Numbered from the stretch's first letter, positions 1 through 11,985 are shown. The stretch: DNA of 64,000 nt from Podarcis cretensis (GCA_951804945.1 OX638152.1:12524001-12588000), one strand, 5' to 3'. Notes: generated by a model from the sequence alone, not told the origin. Translations and numbers: made by a program.

Positions 1-64
1 ACCCTGTTAATTATCCTAAAATGCTACTTGCTGTTTTGACCCTTTACTTACTAAAATACCACTG

Positions 65-280
65 CTTAAGAGTGGAATGAGCCCAAGTAGAGCTGGGAGG
101 GCACACCTTCCTCTGTAGAGGTTGAAAGTTAAGATACAGTGATGAGGGAGGATATTGTAGTTTCTTTATCTGTTCCTTCTTTCTTTCGTTTCTTTCTTTT
201 CTATATTTCCTGTACATTAGTTTGTTTCTTTTATTGTATTGTGAAAACTTCAATAAATTTTTTTTCCAAAAGAATAAAAA
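65..280 (+). mobile_element. 5'-truncated LINE (L1-like) 3'-terminal fragment
   Basis: 13-bp direct repeat TAAAATACCACTG at 52-64 and 281-293. It flanks a T-rich 3'UTR-like segment ending in AATAAA and an A-rich tail. Confidence 0.65.
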
Positions 281-532
281 TAAAATACCACTGGTTAACT
301 TGCCCATATTGTGACTTCTTCACTATTGGGGGGCCATTCCACAAGTTATACAATAACCAGCCCATATGGGCTTGCTTCCAAGCATACATTCAGCAGGAAG
401 TTACAGTCAACCTTTGCTCTTTTAAGAGATAAACTTAAATGACGTGTTTTCAAAGCACTAGCTTGTCAGTCACATTAGTGACACACTTATGTGTTGAGTG
501 CCCAAACACATGCTTTTGCCCTACAGAGGTTA

Positions 533-723
533 CAGTCGTACCTTGTTGTCAAACTTAATCCATTCCGGGAGTCCATTCGACTCCTGAAACAGTTGAAAAA
601 CCAAGGCATGACTTCCGATTAGCTGCAGGAGCTTCCTACACTCAATTGGAAGCTGCTGGGTTTGCGGCGTTCGGGAGCCAAAACGTCCAAATACCAAAGC
701 ATTCGAGAACCAAGGTATGACTT
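533..723. mobile_element. Tc1/mariner (Tigger-like) MITE, degenerate
   Basis: TA|CAGTCGTACCTTG at the left end and CAAGGTATGACT at the right; same terminal motif as the MITEs at 5000, 8922, 39820 and 50195. Confidence 0.6.
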
Positions 724-1792
724 TCACAATCTTGATCCTTCAAAAGTTTGCTTGGCTCCCCAAAAGTTAACACATTCTAGACCTTGTGGCTTTTGGAAAG
801 GCGATTATGTACCTGACTGAACCTCAACTAGAAAGCAATGTAGAGTGATTGCCCAAGACCTGTAATCTTACACAGTATAGCTTGCTTGAAGCTACAGTTG
901 TTTTAAATGAAGGCTTGCATTCTCTGCCCTGTGAGGCACTTATACTAAGATTATGAAGGCTATGTAGTAAAACCCAGCGGTAAGAAGACAGCTCCTTTCT
1001 CCGCAGGTCTATCCTAGGCAAGCCAAAATGGGTCACCATGAAATGCTTGAAAGAAAAGCAATCGAAGAGGACTCACAGGGCAGTTACAAATTCACAAGTC
1101 AGCTGAGCAGATCAAACCACAGGGGAATACTAGGGAAAATATGTTTTTGCGGGGGGGGGGGGACAACTTCCCACTAGAAATATATTATTATTATCTTGCA
1201 TGCCAGTGATGCTGAGGATCATTAGAAGTAATGAAAATTTGGTTATAATAAAAAAATTTATGATCCTGCAATTGTCTGCTGATGCACCAGCTTCATGGGT
1301 TCTTAACTAGGGAACACATTATCTTCAGCTGGAGGATTCTACTTGTCTACTCAGATGAAAAGAGGGGTAGTTTGCTCTATCTCACCACTAGCAGAAGAGC
1401 AGCTGATGGGTATGCAGGAGAGGACTCTTCATTATGGCACCTGGATTTGAGAACGCAATTGAACTTTCTGTGATAGTGCTTCATCAACCAATAGACAAAT
1501 TTATTTATCTGGGCGTTTAGCTTAGACAATTAAATGGTTTGCTACGTAGCCACGTGTAATTTTGGATGTTTACTGTATTGCTTTATTGACGCTGTAACCA
1601 CCTTCAAAGTGCTTTGGAATGGAAAAGGAAAGTTAACATCCTTCTAATAAAAATAAGATATTGGACATGGAAGAATGGGGAGTTTGAACGCATGTCCATC
1701 CATGTAGCTCATTGGGAAGGCCTGTGTATGTCACTTCCTCAGCTGCAAGAATAAAGTGGGGTGATCTTATGTTAACCACCAATTGTTTAGAG

Positions 1793-1928
1793 CAGGCTTC
1801 CTCAACCTCAGCCCTCCAGATGTTTTGAGACTCCAATTCCCATCATCCCTGACCACTGGTCCTGCTAGCTAGGGATCATGGGAGTTGTAGGCCAAAAACA
1901 TCTGGAGGGCCGAGGTTGAGGAAGCCTG
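1793..1928. mobile_element. hAT (Buster-type) MITE
   Basis: TIRs CAGGCTTCCTCAACCTC / GAGGTTGAGGAAGCCTG; perfect 8-bp TSD GTTTAGAG (1785-1792, 1929-1936) with central TA; whole element is palindromic. Confidence 0.9.
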
Positions 1929-3268
1929 GTTTAGAGGGAGAAAAGTGGGGCGCAAGTATCATAGTACAGCTGACAACTAGCAAGAACTCATGTCTGCAAA
2001 AGATGGGGAAGCTGTGACCTTCCAGATGTTTCAGACTACAACTCCCATCAGTCCCAGTCAGCATGGCTAATGGTCAAGGATCACCTACATCTGAAAAGCC
2101 ACAGGTTTTCCTCCACTGGGTATAAGGGATCCTGCCATGCCAAGCTTTTTGTGTGAGCATGTGGGGGGGGGTTGATGAAGTGGGGGAAAGCACATATCTA
2201 AGCCTTAAGCACTGCAGTGAAGGAAAAAGCTGGAAATTATGAAAAGGAAACTCTTCAATTACAGACATCCTTAAAGAGTCATGTCTGCAGTCTGACCTAC
2301 AGATTAAGTGCATAAAAATAAAGTTTCACTGAGAAAACACAAACAACTACTTCCACTATTTCCGAGGACTATTGTTCAAAGGCCTATTGTTTCACTCACA
2401 GTTTCTTTTGTCCCTCACTATGCAAACATCTGCCAAAAAGGACTCATATGATCAATGCTGGCTAGCAACCTCTAAGAGACAATCACTTATTTTAAGAATA
2501 AGATAGAGAGAATCAGACACCTCTTTCAATTGGTGTATGATGGAGGCAATGACTCTGAAAAGTAAGAGGAGAGTTATGAAATACAATACAGAAATTTTAA
2601 AAAGTAATACTCCAGGATATACTCCATTCAGACCTAGCCATTTATGCATGCCCTAGAACAGTGTTCTTCAAGCTTGGCTAAGGTAGCAGGGGATGTTGGG
2701 AGTTGTAGTCCAATAACATCCAAGAACTCAAGGATTAAGAGCACTACCTTAGAAACTGTTGCAGCAAAACATTGCAAGGGAAAGCTGGCAACACTAATGT
2801 GGCAACATGCTTGCCATTACTATTCTTCTTTTGAAAAATCCACAATGAAATTTCAAGGTTCTTCATGGTTCATGGGTGCAGTTTTTAAGACACTGCACAG
2901 TTGAGTCTACAGCATAATGAAGGTGATCTGCGCCATCTGTTTTAACTGCCTGGGATAATGGAAGACTGCATTTGCACCTGTGCATAATTACTTTCATGTA
3001 TGAAACCAGGAAAAACACTAATTACACATCCGTCAAAACAAATTGATGGCAAGCGAAACTGCCATGTGCTCTCCTCCCTTCTGCAGTCCAAGACACCTAT
3101 TAAATCAATAAGCAATTTGGCTTGCAACATCTTTCCTTCCACCCTAGAGTTATTTTTACTGAGCCACCCAGGGACAAGGCATTGCTACATCTACAGAAAC
3201 ACAAAGATCAATGTTTCTACTTGAAAGGCTTTTTTAGTTTGTTGGGCTATATTACAAGAAGGGTTAGG

Positions 3269-3575
3269 GTTACAGATAGGTAGCCGTGTTGGTCTGCCAT
3301 AGTCAAAACAAAAAAATTCCTTCCAGTAGCACCTTAAAGACCAACTAAGTCAGTTCTTGGTATGAGCTTTCGTGTGCATGCACACTTCTTCAGATACACT
3401 GAAACAGAAGTTTCCAGACCCTTCTATATAGTGAGAAGGTGGGGAGGGGTATTACTCAGAAGGGTGGTGGGAATGGGTGATTGGCAGATAGCTGTGATGA
3501 GCCTGTTGACGACTCTTAACGACTGCAATAGGTCTTACAGGAAAAAGCAAGGGGTGAAAAGGTGAAAAATGGCAA
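3269..3575 (-). mobile_element. Penelope-like retroelement terminal (pseudo-LTR) fragment
   Basis: GTAGCCGTGTTGGTCTG...AGCACCTTAAAGACCAAC...GAGCTTTCGTG...CTTCTTCAGAT layout resembles reptile Penelope termini; contains a hammerhead core. Confidence 0.75.
3360..3397 (-). ncRNA. Minimal type-I hammerhead ribozyme motif (Penelope-associated)
   Basis: Minus strand reads GUAU-CUGAAGA-A-GUGUGCAUGCACAC-GAAA-GC-UC-AUAC: stem I GUAU/AUAC, core CUGANGA, palindromic stem II, GAAA, minimal AGCU stem III, UC cleavage site. Confidence 0.8.
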
Positions 3576-4999
3576 TAAGCAGGTTAAGCCACCTGTCATT
3601 CCCCCCAACTTCATTTTTTCCATGAATTTATTAGTTTTGTTTTACAAAATGTCTCTGAAAGTGACTTACAAAAAATAGCATGCACATTAAAACCACCACG
3701 GAACTAAAAGAAAGTACAAGCTAAAAACACATTCCTATTTCTAAAAAGGCACATCCCACCCACTGAGGGCCACAGATAATTAAATACCAAAGACCTGGCA
3801 GAAAAGAAAAGCTTTTACCTGGCACCCAAAGTTCACTTAACAGTCACAGCCAATAGCCGGGTTTTATGTTCAAAAGTACTTCACATACATTATAATCTCA
3901 TCAATGTTTACAAGGCTACTATTGATGAAACTCATGAAATTTTAGTGTTTTTGGCACTGAGTTTTGAATCTCCCCCTCCTATGAATCAGCTAACAGTCTA
4001 CAGCACAATTCTCTGCGACTTTCTTCTAAGCAAGCATGCAACATGTTCAATTGGGCTTACTCTCAGGCAAGTGTATATAAGAGCTACAACCAGAGGATGT
4101 TGGTTAGTAGGAAAAGCCCAAGAAACCTGCAAACTAATAATGACAGGATAGGTTAAAATTAGATGAACTCATAGGCAAAAAGTTTAATAAGGCACAATGG
4201 TTCTGTCTCTAAACACCAGTTGCTGGGAAAATCAAGGAGAGTGCTATTGTGCTTACGATATGCCTTGTGCATCAGGCTGGACACAGTGAAAACAGAGTGC
4301 CGGACCAGGTAAGCCTGTGGTGTGATCCCTCTTATGTACTTACAAAGACAACTGACTAAGTAGAAGGGAGAGACCAGAGTTTGCACAAGAGCAGAAGAAC
4401 ATAAGGCTCCATTAGCAGAGGGTGGCAATTGTGTCAAGGAAAATTGGCTGTGCTAACTGAAGACACCTCCTAGCCAAATAGAAAGACCATAGTTAGCTGA
4501 AACCCAGTTGCTGGCTTTTGCTTTCGTGCCCTAGTTGTGGGTTTCTGGAGAGCACTTGTCTAATCACTGCTGAAAAACAGAATAACCATGAGTTCATCTA
4601 AGTTTATTGTAAGAAAGCAGCAGCCTGGGGCAACAGAGTTGTGAGAAAGCACATTCTGTCATTCAAACAGGGACCAAGCACCACTGGGTGATTACACCAC
4701 CCGCTTTCCTGGAAGAACATGATGCACAAGGGTGAAGTCGACATGGCTCCATTGGCCACCCAAAGATGAGCAGTTGCAAGAAGCTTGCTTCACCCCCTCC
4801 CTGCCGGAAATGAAATTAATCACCTTCCAAACAAAACACTAGTGTCAAGAGTATGTATGCATTTTTCCTCCTCCCTCCAAATCTTTTTCCTCTTACGTAC
4901 TGTATCTCTTTTTTTTTAGGACTGTGAACTTGAAGACACGAGCAGTTTTATTACTTATCCTTGAGAGTCACTCTGGGAGTCTTCTTAAAAAGGCAAGTA

Positions 5000-5232
5000 C
5001 AGTGGTACCTCGGGTTAAGTACTAAATTCGTTCCGGAGGTCTGTTCTTAACCTGAAACTGTTCTTAACCTGAAGCACCACTTTAGCTAATGGAGCCTCCC
5101 ACTGCCGCGGCTGCGCGATTTCTGTTCTCATCCTGAAGCAAAGTTCTTAACCCGAGGTACTATTTCTGGGTTAGCGGAGTCTGTACCCTGAAGCGTCTGT
5201 AACCTGAAGCGTATATACCCGAGGTACCACTG
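5000..5232. mobile_element. Tc1/mariner (Tigger-like) MITE
   Basis: TIRs CAGTGGTACCTCGGG / CCCGAGGTACCACTG with TA duplication on both sides; same family at 45682 and 50195. Confidence 0.9.
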
Positions 5233-5559
5233 TACCAGTCCTTTTTAAGTATGCAAGAATACTTGACACTGGGCCCCTCCAGTCACACTCATCCTGACCT
5301 CCTTGCACAAACATTGTCGCAGAGATTAGATTATATCCCATTTTCACTGAGTCTTCCATCTTTGCTGACCATATATTCCAATTTGTTTATGGGGCAATTA
5401 GACACTACTGACCATTCAACCCATCTCCATCCTGATTTATATATTTTCCCATGGCTCACTCATTTGCCCCACACTTTTCAATGCCTGTCACTTTCCAAGC
5501 TTATGTTTAAATGTGGCTCTGTTGCACTAGGGAGGCAGAGACCATTGACGCACCTGTAA

Positions 5560-5810
5560 TGCAGTTATATTGTAAATTCCTATTAATAAATTACCAATAA
5601 TAAATTTAATAGTTTAATATTTAATTTAATACTATTAATTTATTGTTAATGGGAAACTTATTAACAAATTATTCAGAAACTATTGTCATTGATTTAATAT
5701 CGGTTCATTTATTACCAATGGCAAGCTATCAGTAAGTTGCTAATTACTATTAATGAATGACTATTAATAAGAAAATTATTGCTAGTATTATTACTTTTAA
5801 ATATATGCAT
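5560..5810. repeat. AT-rich low-complexity tract between two diverged copies of a local duplication
   Basis: Very AT-rich ATT/TTAA-type sequence, flanked by similar blocks at 5484-5556 and 5831-5930. Confidence 0.7.
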
Positions 5811-5961
5811 GTAAACCTTTGTCCTTATTTCCTGTCACTTTCCAAATATGAAAAAAAAAACCCGTTTTATTCTTTTGAAACGTGGCTCTGTTGCACTGGG
5901 AGGACAGGGACCCTTGCCTTGCCCCACCTGAAGCGAGAACAAATTTGCCAATAACCAATTT

Positions 5962-6582
5962 TAGACATGGAGGCACTGAGAGATTTTACTTTCTTGGGCC
6001 CCATGATCACTGCAGATGGTGACAGCAGCCACAAAATTAAAAGACGCCTGCTTCTTGGGAGAAAAGCAATGACAAACCTAGACAGTATCTTAAAAAGTAG
6101 AGACATCACCTTGCCGACAAAGGTCCGTATAGTTAAAGCTATGGTTTTCCCAGTAGTGATGTATGGAAGTGAGAGCTGGACCATCAAGAAGGCTGATCGC
6201 CGAAGAATGGATGCTTTTGAATTATGGTGCTGGAGGAGACTCTTGAGAGTCCCATGGACTGCAAGAAGATCAAACCGACCCATTCTGAAGGAAATCAGCC
6301 CTGAGTGCTCACTGGAAGGACAGATCCTGAAGCTGAGGCTCCAATACTTTGGCCACCTCATGAGAAGAGAAGACTCCCTGGAAAAGACCCTGATGCTGGG
6401 AAAGATGGAGGGCCCAAGGAGAAGGGGACGACAGAGGATGAGATGGTGGACAGTGTTCTCGAAGCTACCAGCATGAGTTTGACCAAACTGTGGGAGGCAG
6501 TGGAAGACAGGAGGGCCTGGTGTGCTCTGGCCCAGGGGGTCACGAAGAGTCAGACACGACTAAACGACTAAACAACAACAAC
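5962..6582 (+). mobile_element. BovB (RTE-clade LINE) 3' fragment
   Basis: ORF 5967-6476 encodes the BovB RT C-terminus (DFTFLG...ADGDSSHKIKRRLLLGRKAM...YGSESWT...LQYFGHLMRR); ends GGTCACGAAGAGTCAGACACGACTAAACGACTA(AAC)n. Confidence 0.95.
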
Positions 6583-6633
6583 TTTTAGGTATATGCCTAT
6601 CAGCTTTTTTCCCCTCGCTCTTCCCCGCCTTAC

Positions 6634-6792
6634 CTTCTGGGTGACATAGCAGGTGCGGTAAGTGCGGGAGTCATAGAGGAGGCCGGGGTCAGGGCGGGAC
6701 GCCGTGTGGAGAGAAGGGGGTCCGGGGACGACGACGCCCCCTGAAACAAGGCACACAGCCTCCAACAACCCAAGTATCGCCGGAAGCCTCAT
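6634..6792 (-). CDS. PRCP: Lysosomal Pro-X carboxypeptidase (prolylcarboxypeptidase), coding exon 1
   Basis: 53 codons MRLPAILGLLEAVCLVSG...YRTCYVTQK, then phase-0 donor AAG|GTAAGG. Signal-peptide-like start; end resembles PRCP exon 1 (YSVLYFQQK|VDHF). Head-to-head synteny with DDIAS. Exon 2 was not found in the window. Confidence 0.8.
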
Positions 6793-7385
6793 GATAAGAC
6801 TACCTCACCCGCAGCCGCGCACCGCCCTTTTTATAGCTGAGCATCGTGGGGGCGGGGCCGGGGGAACGGAGGGAGCAAGGCGCGAGACGGCTCCTGGCTC
6901 CGCCCATTGCCGGGAGGGAAACCAAAACCAAATCCGTTGGGCGGTGAGGGGAGGAGGAGGAGGGGCGGGAGGTGCCAGCTCGCTCCAAACCCCGCCCTCC
7001 TCCAAGGCGATTGGCTGTCGGAGAGGGCCCGCCCTCATTGAAGAGCGGGAGGTCGGCTACCGAGGCTTCCCGCGATTGGCTAGCTTGTCAAGACCTGCTG
7101 TGGAGGCGGGCGCGCGGTTCTGACGGTTGGAAGCCGCGTAGGGCGCCGCCGATTGGTCGGTGGGCGCGGTAGGGCGGGGAGGCCGGGCGGGGCTTGAGCG
7201 GCGATTGGCTGCCTTCGGTCGAGGCGGGAAAAACAGACCTTGTTGGAGTTGCCGGCGGTGTCTTGGGTCTCGCTCGGGGCTGTCTCTCCCCCTCTCTGAT
7301 TGGTGCGCGACTCTGATGTCGTCACTTCCTCTGGAGCGTGAGGAGAATGTGTGGTAGGGGGCGTGAGGGAACTTGAAAGTCTGTG
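6793..7385. promoter_or_regulatory. Bidirectional CpG-island promoter PRCP/DDIAS
   Basis: High GC and CpG; multiple GC boxes; five ATTGG (inverted CCAAT) boxes at 7010, 7075, 7152, 7204 and 7299; E2F site GGCGGGAAA 7223-7231; ETS-like CACTTCC near 7323; minus-strand TATAAAAA at 6828-6835 upstream of the PRCP ATG. Confidence 0.88.
7240..7385 (+). other. DDIAS: Probable non-coding first exon of DDIAS (start approximate)
   Basis: Consensus donor GTG|GTGAGT at 7386 at the 3' edge of the CpG island. The DDIAS ATG exon has its own acceptor, so an upstream exon is required. Confidence 0.6.
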
Positions 7386-7663
7386 GTGAGTGAGGCGCTC
7401 CCCCCCCATTTTTCTAACCAATGTCTCTTTTTTCCTCTTTGTAATCTTCCTTCGTGTCTCTCCCCCCCCACTGGCCCCTTAATCCTGCGCCCGAAATTTT
7501 TGGTAAAACACGGGTTTTACCAAAATATTACCGAAAAATATTATTAAATTTCTGTGCCGCCCTTAATCTGGGGTTCACAGGGCGGTTTACACTATAAAAA
7601 CCTAGACATACATACTGTAATAACAGACAAAAAACAGTTTAAAAATCCATAGATTCTTTAATC

Positions 7664-7800
7664 CAGAGTTTCCCAAACTTGGGTCTCTTCCTTTTTTGGG
7701 GACTACATTTCCCATCATCCCTGACCACTGGTCCTTCTAGCTAGGGATGATGGGAATTGTAGTCCAAAAACGGCTGGAGACCCAAGTTTGGGAAACGCTG
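7664..7800. mobile_element. Palindromic hAT-type MITE
   Basis: TIRs CAGAGTTTCCCAAACTTGGGTCTC / GAGACCCAAGTTTGGGAAACGCTG; internal ACTACAnnTCCCATCATCCCTGACCACTGG core shared with the MITE at 1793. Confidence 0.8.
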
Positions 7801-8328
7801 GTTGCAAATGCCTGAGAGAAGAGGAATATTTTCTCCTAAATATATACATAATGAAGGCGCCAGGTGAGCCTCCCTGGGGAGAGCGTTTCCGAAATAGGGC
7901 GCCACCGCAGAAAAGACCCCGTTCTTGTGCCACCCTCTGGACCTCAGGTGGAGGAGGCACCCAAAGAAGGGCCTCAGGATGATTTCAGGCTCCAGGTCAG
8001 TTCATATGGAGAGAGGCAATCCTTGAGGTATTGTGCTCCTGAGCCGTTTAAGGCTTTAGAGATCAAAATCAGTGCCAGTGGTTGGACTACTACTGCCATT
8101 GTTACTACCATTAATTCAATTTATATACCACCCTTTATCAAAAGACCCCACGGTGGTATACAACATTAAAAAAAATTACAGAACATCAATGATAAAAACA
8201 TAAAAAGCATACTGACAGATAATAAAATAGTCATCATAATAACAGTCCTCTCCCCTACACTTTCACAGGCCATAGATTATTTAATAGCCATAGGCATGGG
8301 TAAAGAGGAATGCTTTTGCCTGGTGCCT

Positions 8329-8694
8329 AAAAGGTAAAAGGTAAAGGTACCCCTGCCCGTACGGGCCAGTCTTGACAGACTCTGGGGTTGTGCGCCCATC
8401 TCACTTAAGAGGCCAGGGGCCAGCGCTGTCCGGAGACACTTCCGGGTCACGTGGCCAGCGTGACATCGCTGCTCTGGCCAGAGCCAGAGCCAGAGCCGCA
8501 CACGGAAACGCCGTTTACCTTCCCGCTGGTAAGCGGTCCCTATTTATCTACTTGCACCCGGAGGTGCTTTCGAACTGCTAGGTTGGCAGGCGCTGGGACC
8601 GAGCAGCGGGAGCGCACCCCACCGCAGGGATTCGAACCGCCGACCTTTCGATCGGCAAGTCCTAGGCGCTGAGGCTTTAACCCACAGCGCCACC
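8329..8694 (-). mobile_element. Sauria SINE (tRNA head, BovB-related tail)
   Basis: Near-identical reverse complement of 23342-23704; (ACCTTT)n tail; B-box GGTTCGAATCC. Confidence 0.92.
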
Positions 8695-8921
8695 AGGCCA
8701 GGCAAGCCTCTCTGCAAAGAGCATTCTACAATCGGGGAGCCACCACTCTTGTTGCCACCCTTCCTTGTCACTAGGCAGCTCCCAAACCCCCGCTTTACCA
8801 TTTTATTCTATTTATTTCTTTAAAAAAGTTTTTATTTCATTGTGCAACATGCTTCAAAGGAGGACTGTTGCAAACATCTTGAATGCCTTTGCATTATTCA
8901 CCCATAAGAGCTTTCAGGATA

Positions 8922-9156
8922 CAGTGGTACCTTGGTTTGCATACATCTTGGATTACAAACATGTCAAACGCAGAAGTGTGTGTCCCGGTTTGCAACCTTT
9001 TTTTGGATTACGTACAACCCTTTTTTTTTTTTTTTGGATTACGAACAAATTTTTGGGGGAGGCCCCATTGGCGAAAGCACGCCTTGGGTTACAACCTGTT
9101 TTGGTTTACAAACAGACCTCCAGAACGGATTATGGTTGTAAACCAAGGTACCACTG
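8922..9156. mobile_element. Tc1/mariner MITE
   Basis: TA|CAGTGGTACCTTGGTTT ... AAACCAAGGTACCACTG|TA. Confidence 0.88.
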
Positions 9157-10632
9157 TATTGTGAATGAAAAGGAAAATACATTATCACACCACACACATG
9201 GCGTACAAAGAAAGAGTATATACTCTACTCAAGGAGAACTCTCCAATAGTCCACCATGAGACTTGGAATGGTAGGAGTCCTTGTTTGTTCTTCCTGTCTC
9301 ATGTGAGATACAAATGGTCACTGTACCATGTAAAAAAAGAAAAGGGGTTTTGCCCTTCCTTTAGCCACATGGTTTCATTTTGTTTCTTTAATGTATTTGT
9401 ATTCTGTCATTCTTCCATGATGGCATTCATTATTATTATTTTTCAAAATGTGTAAAATGTAAAGTAACAAAACCAGTAGCTAAATACAGTAAGCCTGGAG
9501 TATATGTGAGGCCATTGGGATTTTTTCCTGGATGCCTGCTCTTTTTTCACTCCTTAAAATTTTTTTTTTAATTGCCAAGCAGGCAAAGCAGAATGTACAC
9601 AAGCTAAATGCGCGTAAGTTGTGAGCTTACTGTACATCAAAACAGTTTTACAACCACTGGTGCTTGCTTGCTATTTAAAAGGGCAAAGATTAAGTGGTAC
9701 TAGTTAAAAACGTATAAAGCACAGCGCTTCCCCCCTTCTTTAATGTGTTATCCTCCAGGCACCCTTTTCCAGATTGACTCCTCTGGCCAAGGAAATCCTG
9801 ATGTGCACATTATGCTATGGATCCCTTGGCTCATTGCAAAGGACTCTGCGACATGTTTTAAGGCAGGCATCTGGCTTAAAACCCCATGGGTTTTATACAC
9901 TAGGAAATTTGCAGTATAACTACAATCGGCACCTGCATTACCACAGACGAAGGATTCCAATAGCTTAAGGCAGACTCTCCAAGTGTCTATTTTCCAGGGA
10001 CAGAAACCATCCCAGTTTCTGATTTGATCCCAGAATGTCCCTCTGTTCCTTAGAATGTTCCTACTTTCCATCAGGGAAGTGGAGGGTATGGTAGGACATC
10101 TCTATTTTTGTCAGAGAAATGTTGGAATATTTCACAGTGCTGCTGTGAAATAACTGGAAATTTGAAACCATTGTACCTCAGCTGAAAATCATGTAACAAT
10201 CCACCAGTGCATCCAAATCTATATTTCCTCTGCCTGTGTTTTAAGGTATAGCTGCTGGACCTCACTACATGCTCATTAAAGCATACGCAACACCATCTTG
10301 TGGTTGTACACACAGTGGAAGTGTACAAGCTTTCTTTCAGGGAACCTCTGACAAACGATGGTTTATTGGAATGTATTGCAAACAATCAACATATTACTGT
10401 ATTTTTATTTTGAAATGGATTTTGTAGCTTAGGGGCCAGAATGTCTGTTTAGTATGAATGCTTTTTATCCCACACTGACTTGATGGTTGTGGCGGGTCCC
10501 AAAGCTTATTTTTATATTTATATTGCACCTTTCCTCCAAGGAGCTCAGAATGACTGGCATACATCATCTTTTCCTCTTTCCCATAAGTTGAGGAATAGCA
10601 ACTCATCAAAAAATACCCAGAGAGCTTCATGG

Positions 10633-10635
<3 letters not shown>

Positions 10636-10681
<46 letters not shown>

Positions 10682-10682
10682 T
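10636..10682. repeat. (AAT)n microsatellite
   Basis: About 15 perfect AAT units. Confidence 0.95.
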
Positions 10683-11719
10683 ATTATTTATACCCTGCCC
10701 ATCTGGCTGGGCTTCCCCAGCCAAATATTAAAATACAGTAATACATCAAACATTAATAGCTTCCCTAAACAGGGAATAAGGATTTGAATCAAGGTCTCTG
10801 TGTTCCAAGTTGTGCGCTGTTCTGTCCACTCCACCATACTGTCTCTTTCAAACACACAGTACTGAGCACTTTATAAAAATGTAGAAGCCATGTCAGGAAA
10901 AAAGAAAAGAGTAATTTCTTGCCGAACATTTTGCTTCTCTGCTGTTCTTGTGTGCAATTTCCTCATAACATCTCCCAATCCACATATTACTTACAAGTCA
11001 CCCTACCACTTTATTGAGTGTTAATTAATCCAAAATTACTCAAACACAGCTGGTTGTGCAGTCACAAGCAATAAGGTGCATTAGCACCCTGAGGTAAATT
11101 AGGCAGAAATATGATTGCTCCAGAAGTACTAGATTTAAGTTGCTGCACCTGCAAGCTACATCTTAGCAGCTGCTTGCGCCCAGGGCTCTCATTAGCTTTA
11201 TTCCTATAACATTAAAATCAGGTTTAATTTTGCTCTTGACCCGAGCTGAAGTGGTATTGGTCCTTTGGTAATCTTTGCTGCTGTACAGTCCAGGGTTAAA
11301 GTGTTTGAGTTGCAACCCTCATTTTTATTGTATTGTATTGATATGTTGCCTTTCATAACAAACCAGGTGCTAGAATGCTAGTATCGTCCCCAGGGCCCCA
11401 GTTGTAAGCAAAATGGGTGAAGGTGATTGTTCATATTAAAATAGGGTTAGACAAAAAAGAAAAAGCTTTGAGCCAGCCTACCCAGACAAATAATTTAGCC
11501 ATATATATCATTTAGCCATATATATTATATATATATTAGTTCAGTCTATCATTGATAATTGTTTTATATAATTTTGTATACTTAGATGGTTTTTTATTAT
11601 TAAGCAGCCTGTACATTTTTCTAAATAAAATGAATGAATACATATATGGAGAATAAGGCTACTAGCCATGATAGCAGCACTGTACATCTTTGAAGACCAG
11701 TTTATAAGGAACACAAGTG

Positions 11720-11985
11720 GGAAGAACGTTGCGCTCATGTCCTGCCTGTGGACTTACCATAGGCACCTGGTTCGCCACTGTGAGAACAGGATTCTGGGCT
11801 TGATGGAAATTTGGCCTGGTAAGAACATAAAAAGAACCTCCTGAATCAGGCTAAAGGCCCATGTAGTGCAGTATCCAGATCTCACAGTGACCAACCAGAT
11901 TTCTGAACGCAACAGCACTCTTCACCTCTGCCGTTTCCAGCAACTGGTACTCAGAAACTTATAGTCTCTGACAGTGAAGGGAGAA
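11720..11985. mobile_element. Two oppositely oriented CR1-type 3'-end fragments
   Basis: CTGGTT.GCCACTGTGAGAACAGGAT followed by its approximate reverse complement after AAGAACATAA; same family at about 43435-43620 and 46645-46850. Confidence 0.55.

Noticed and set aside
824-1039. PRCP exon 2 candidate (minus-strand VTHFG resembles VDHFG)
   Set aside because: The downstream sequence lacks the F.QRYL and FYTGNEG motifs, so exon 2 is probably outside the window.
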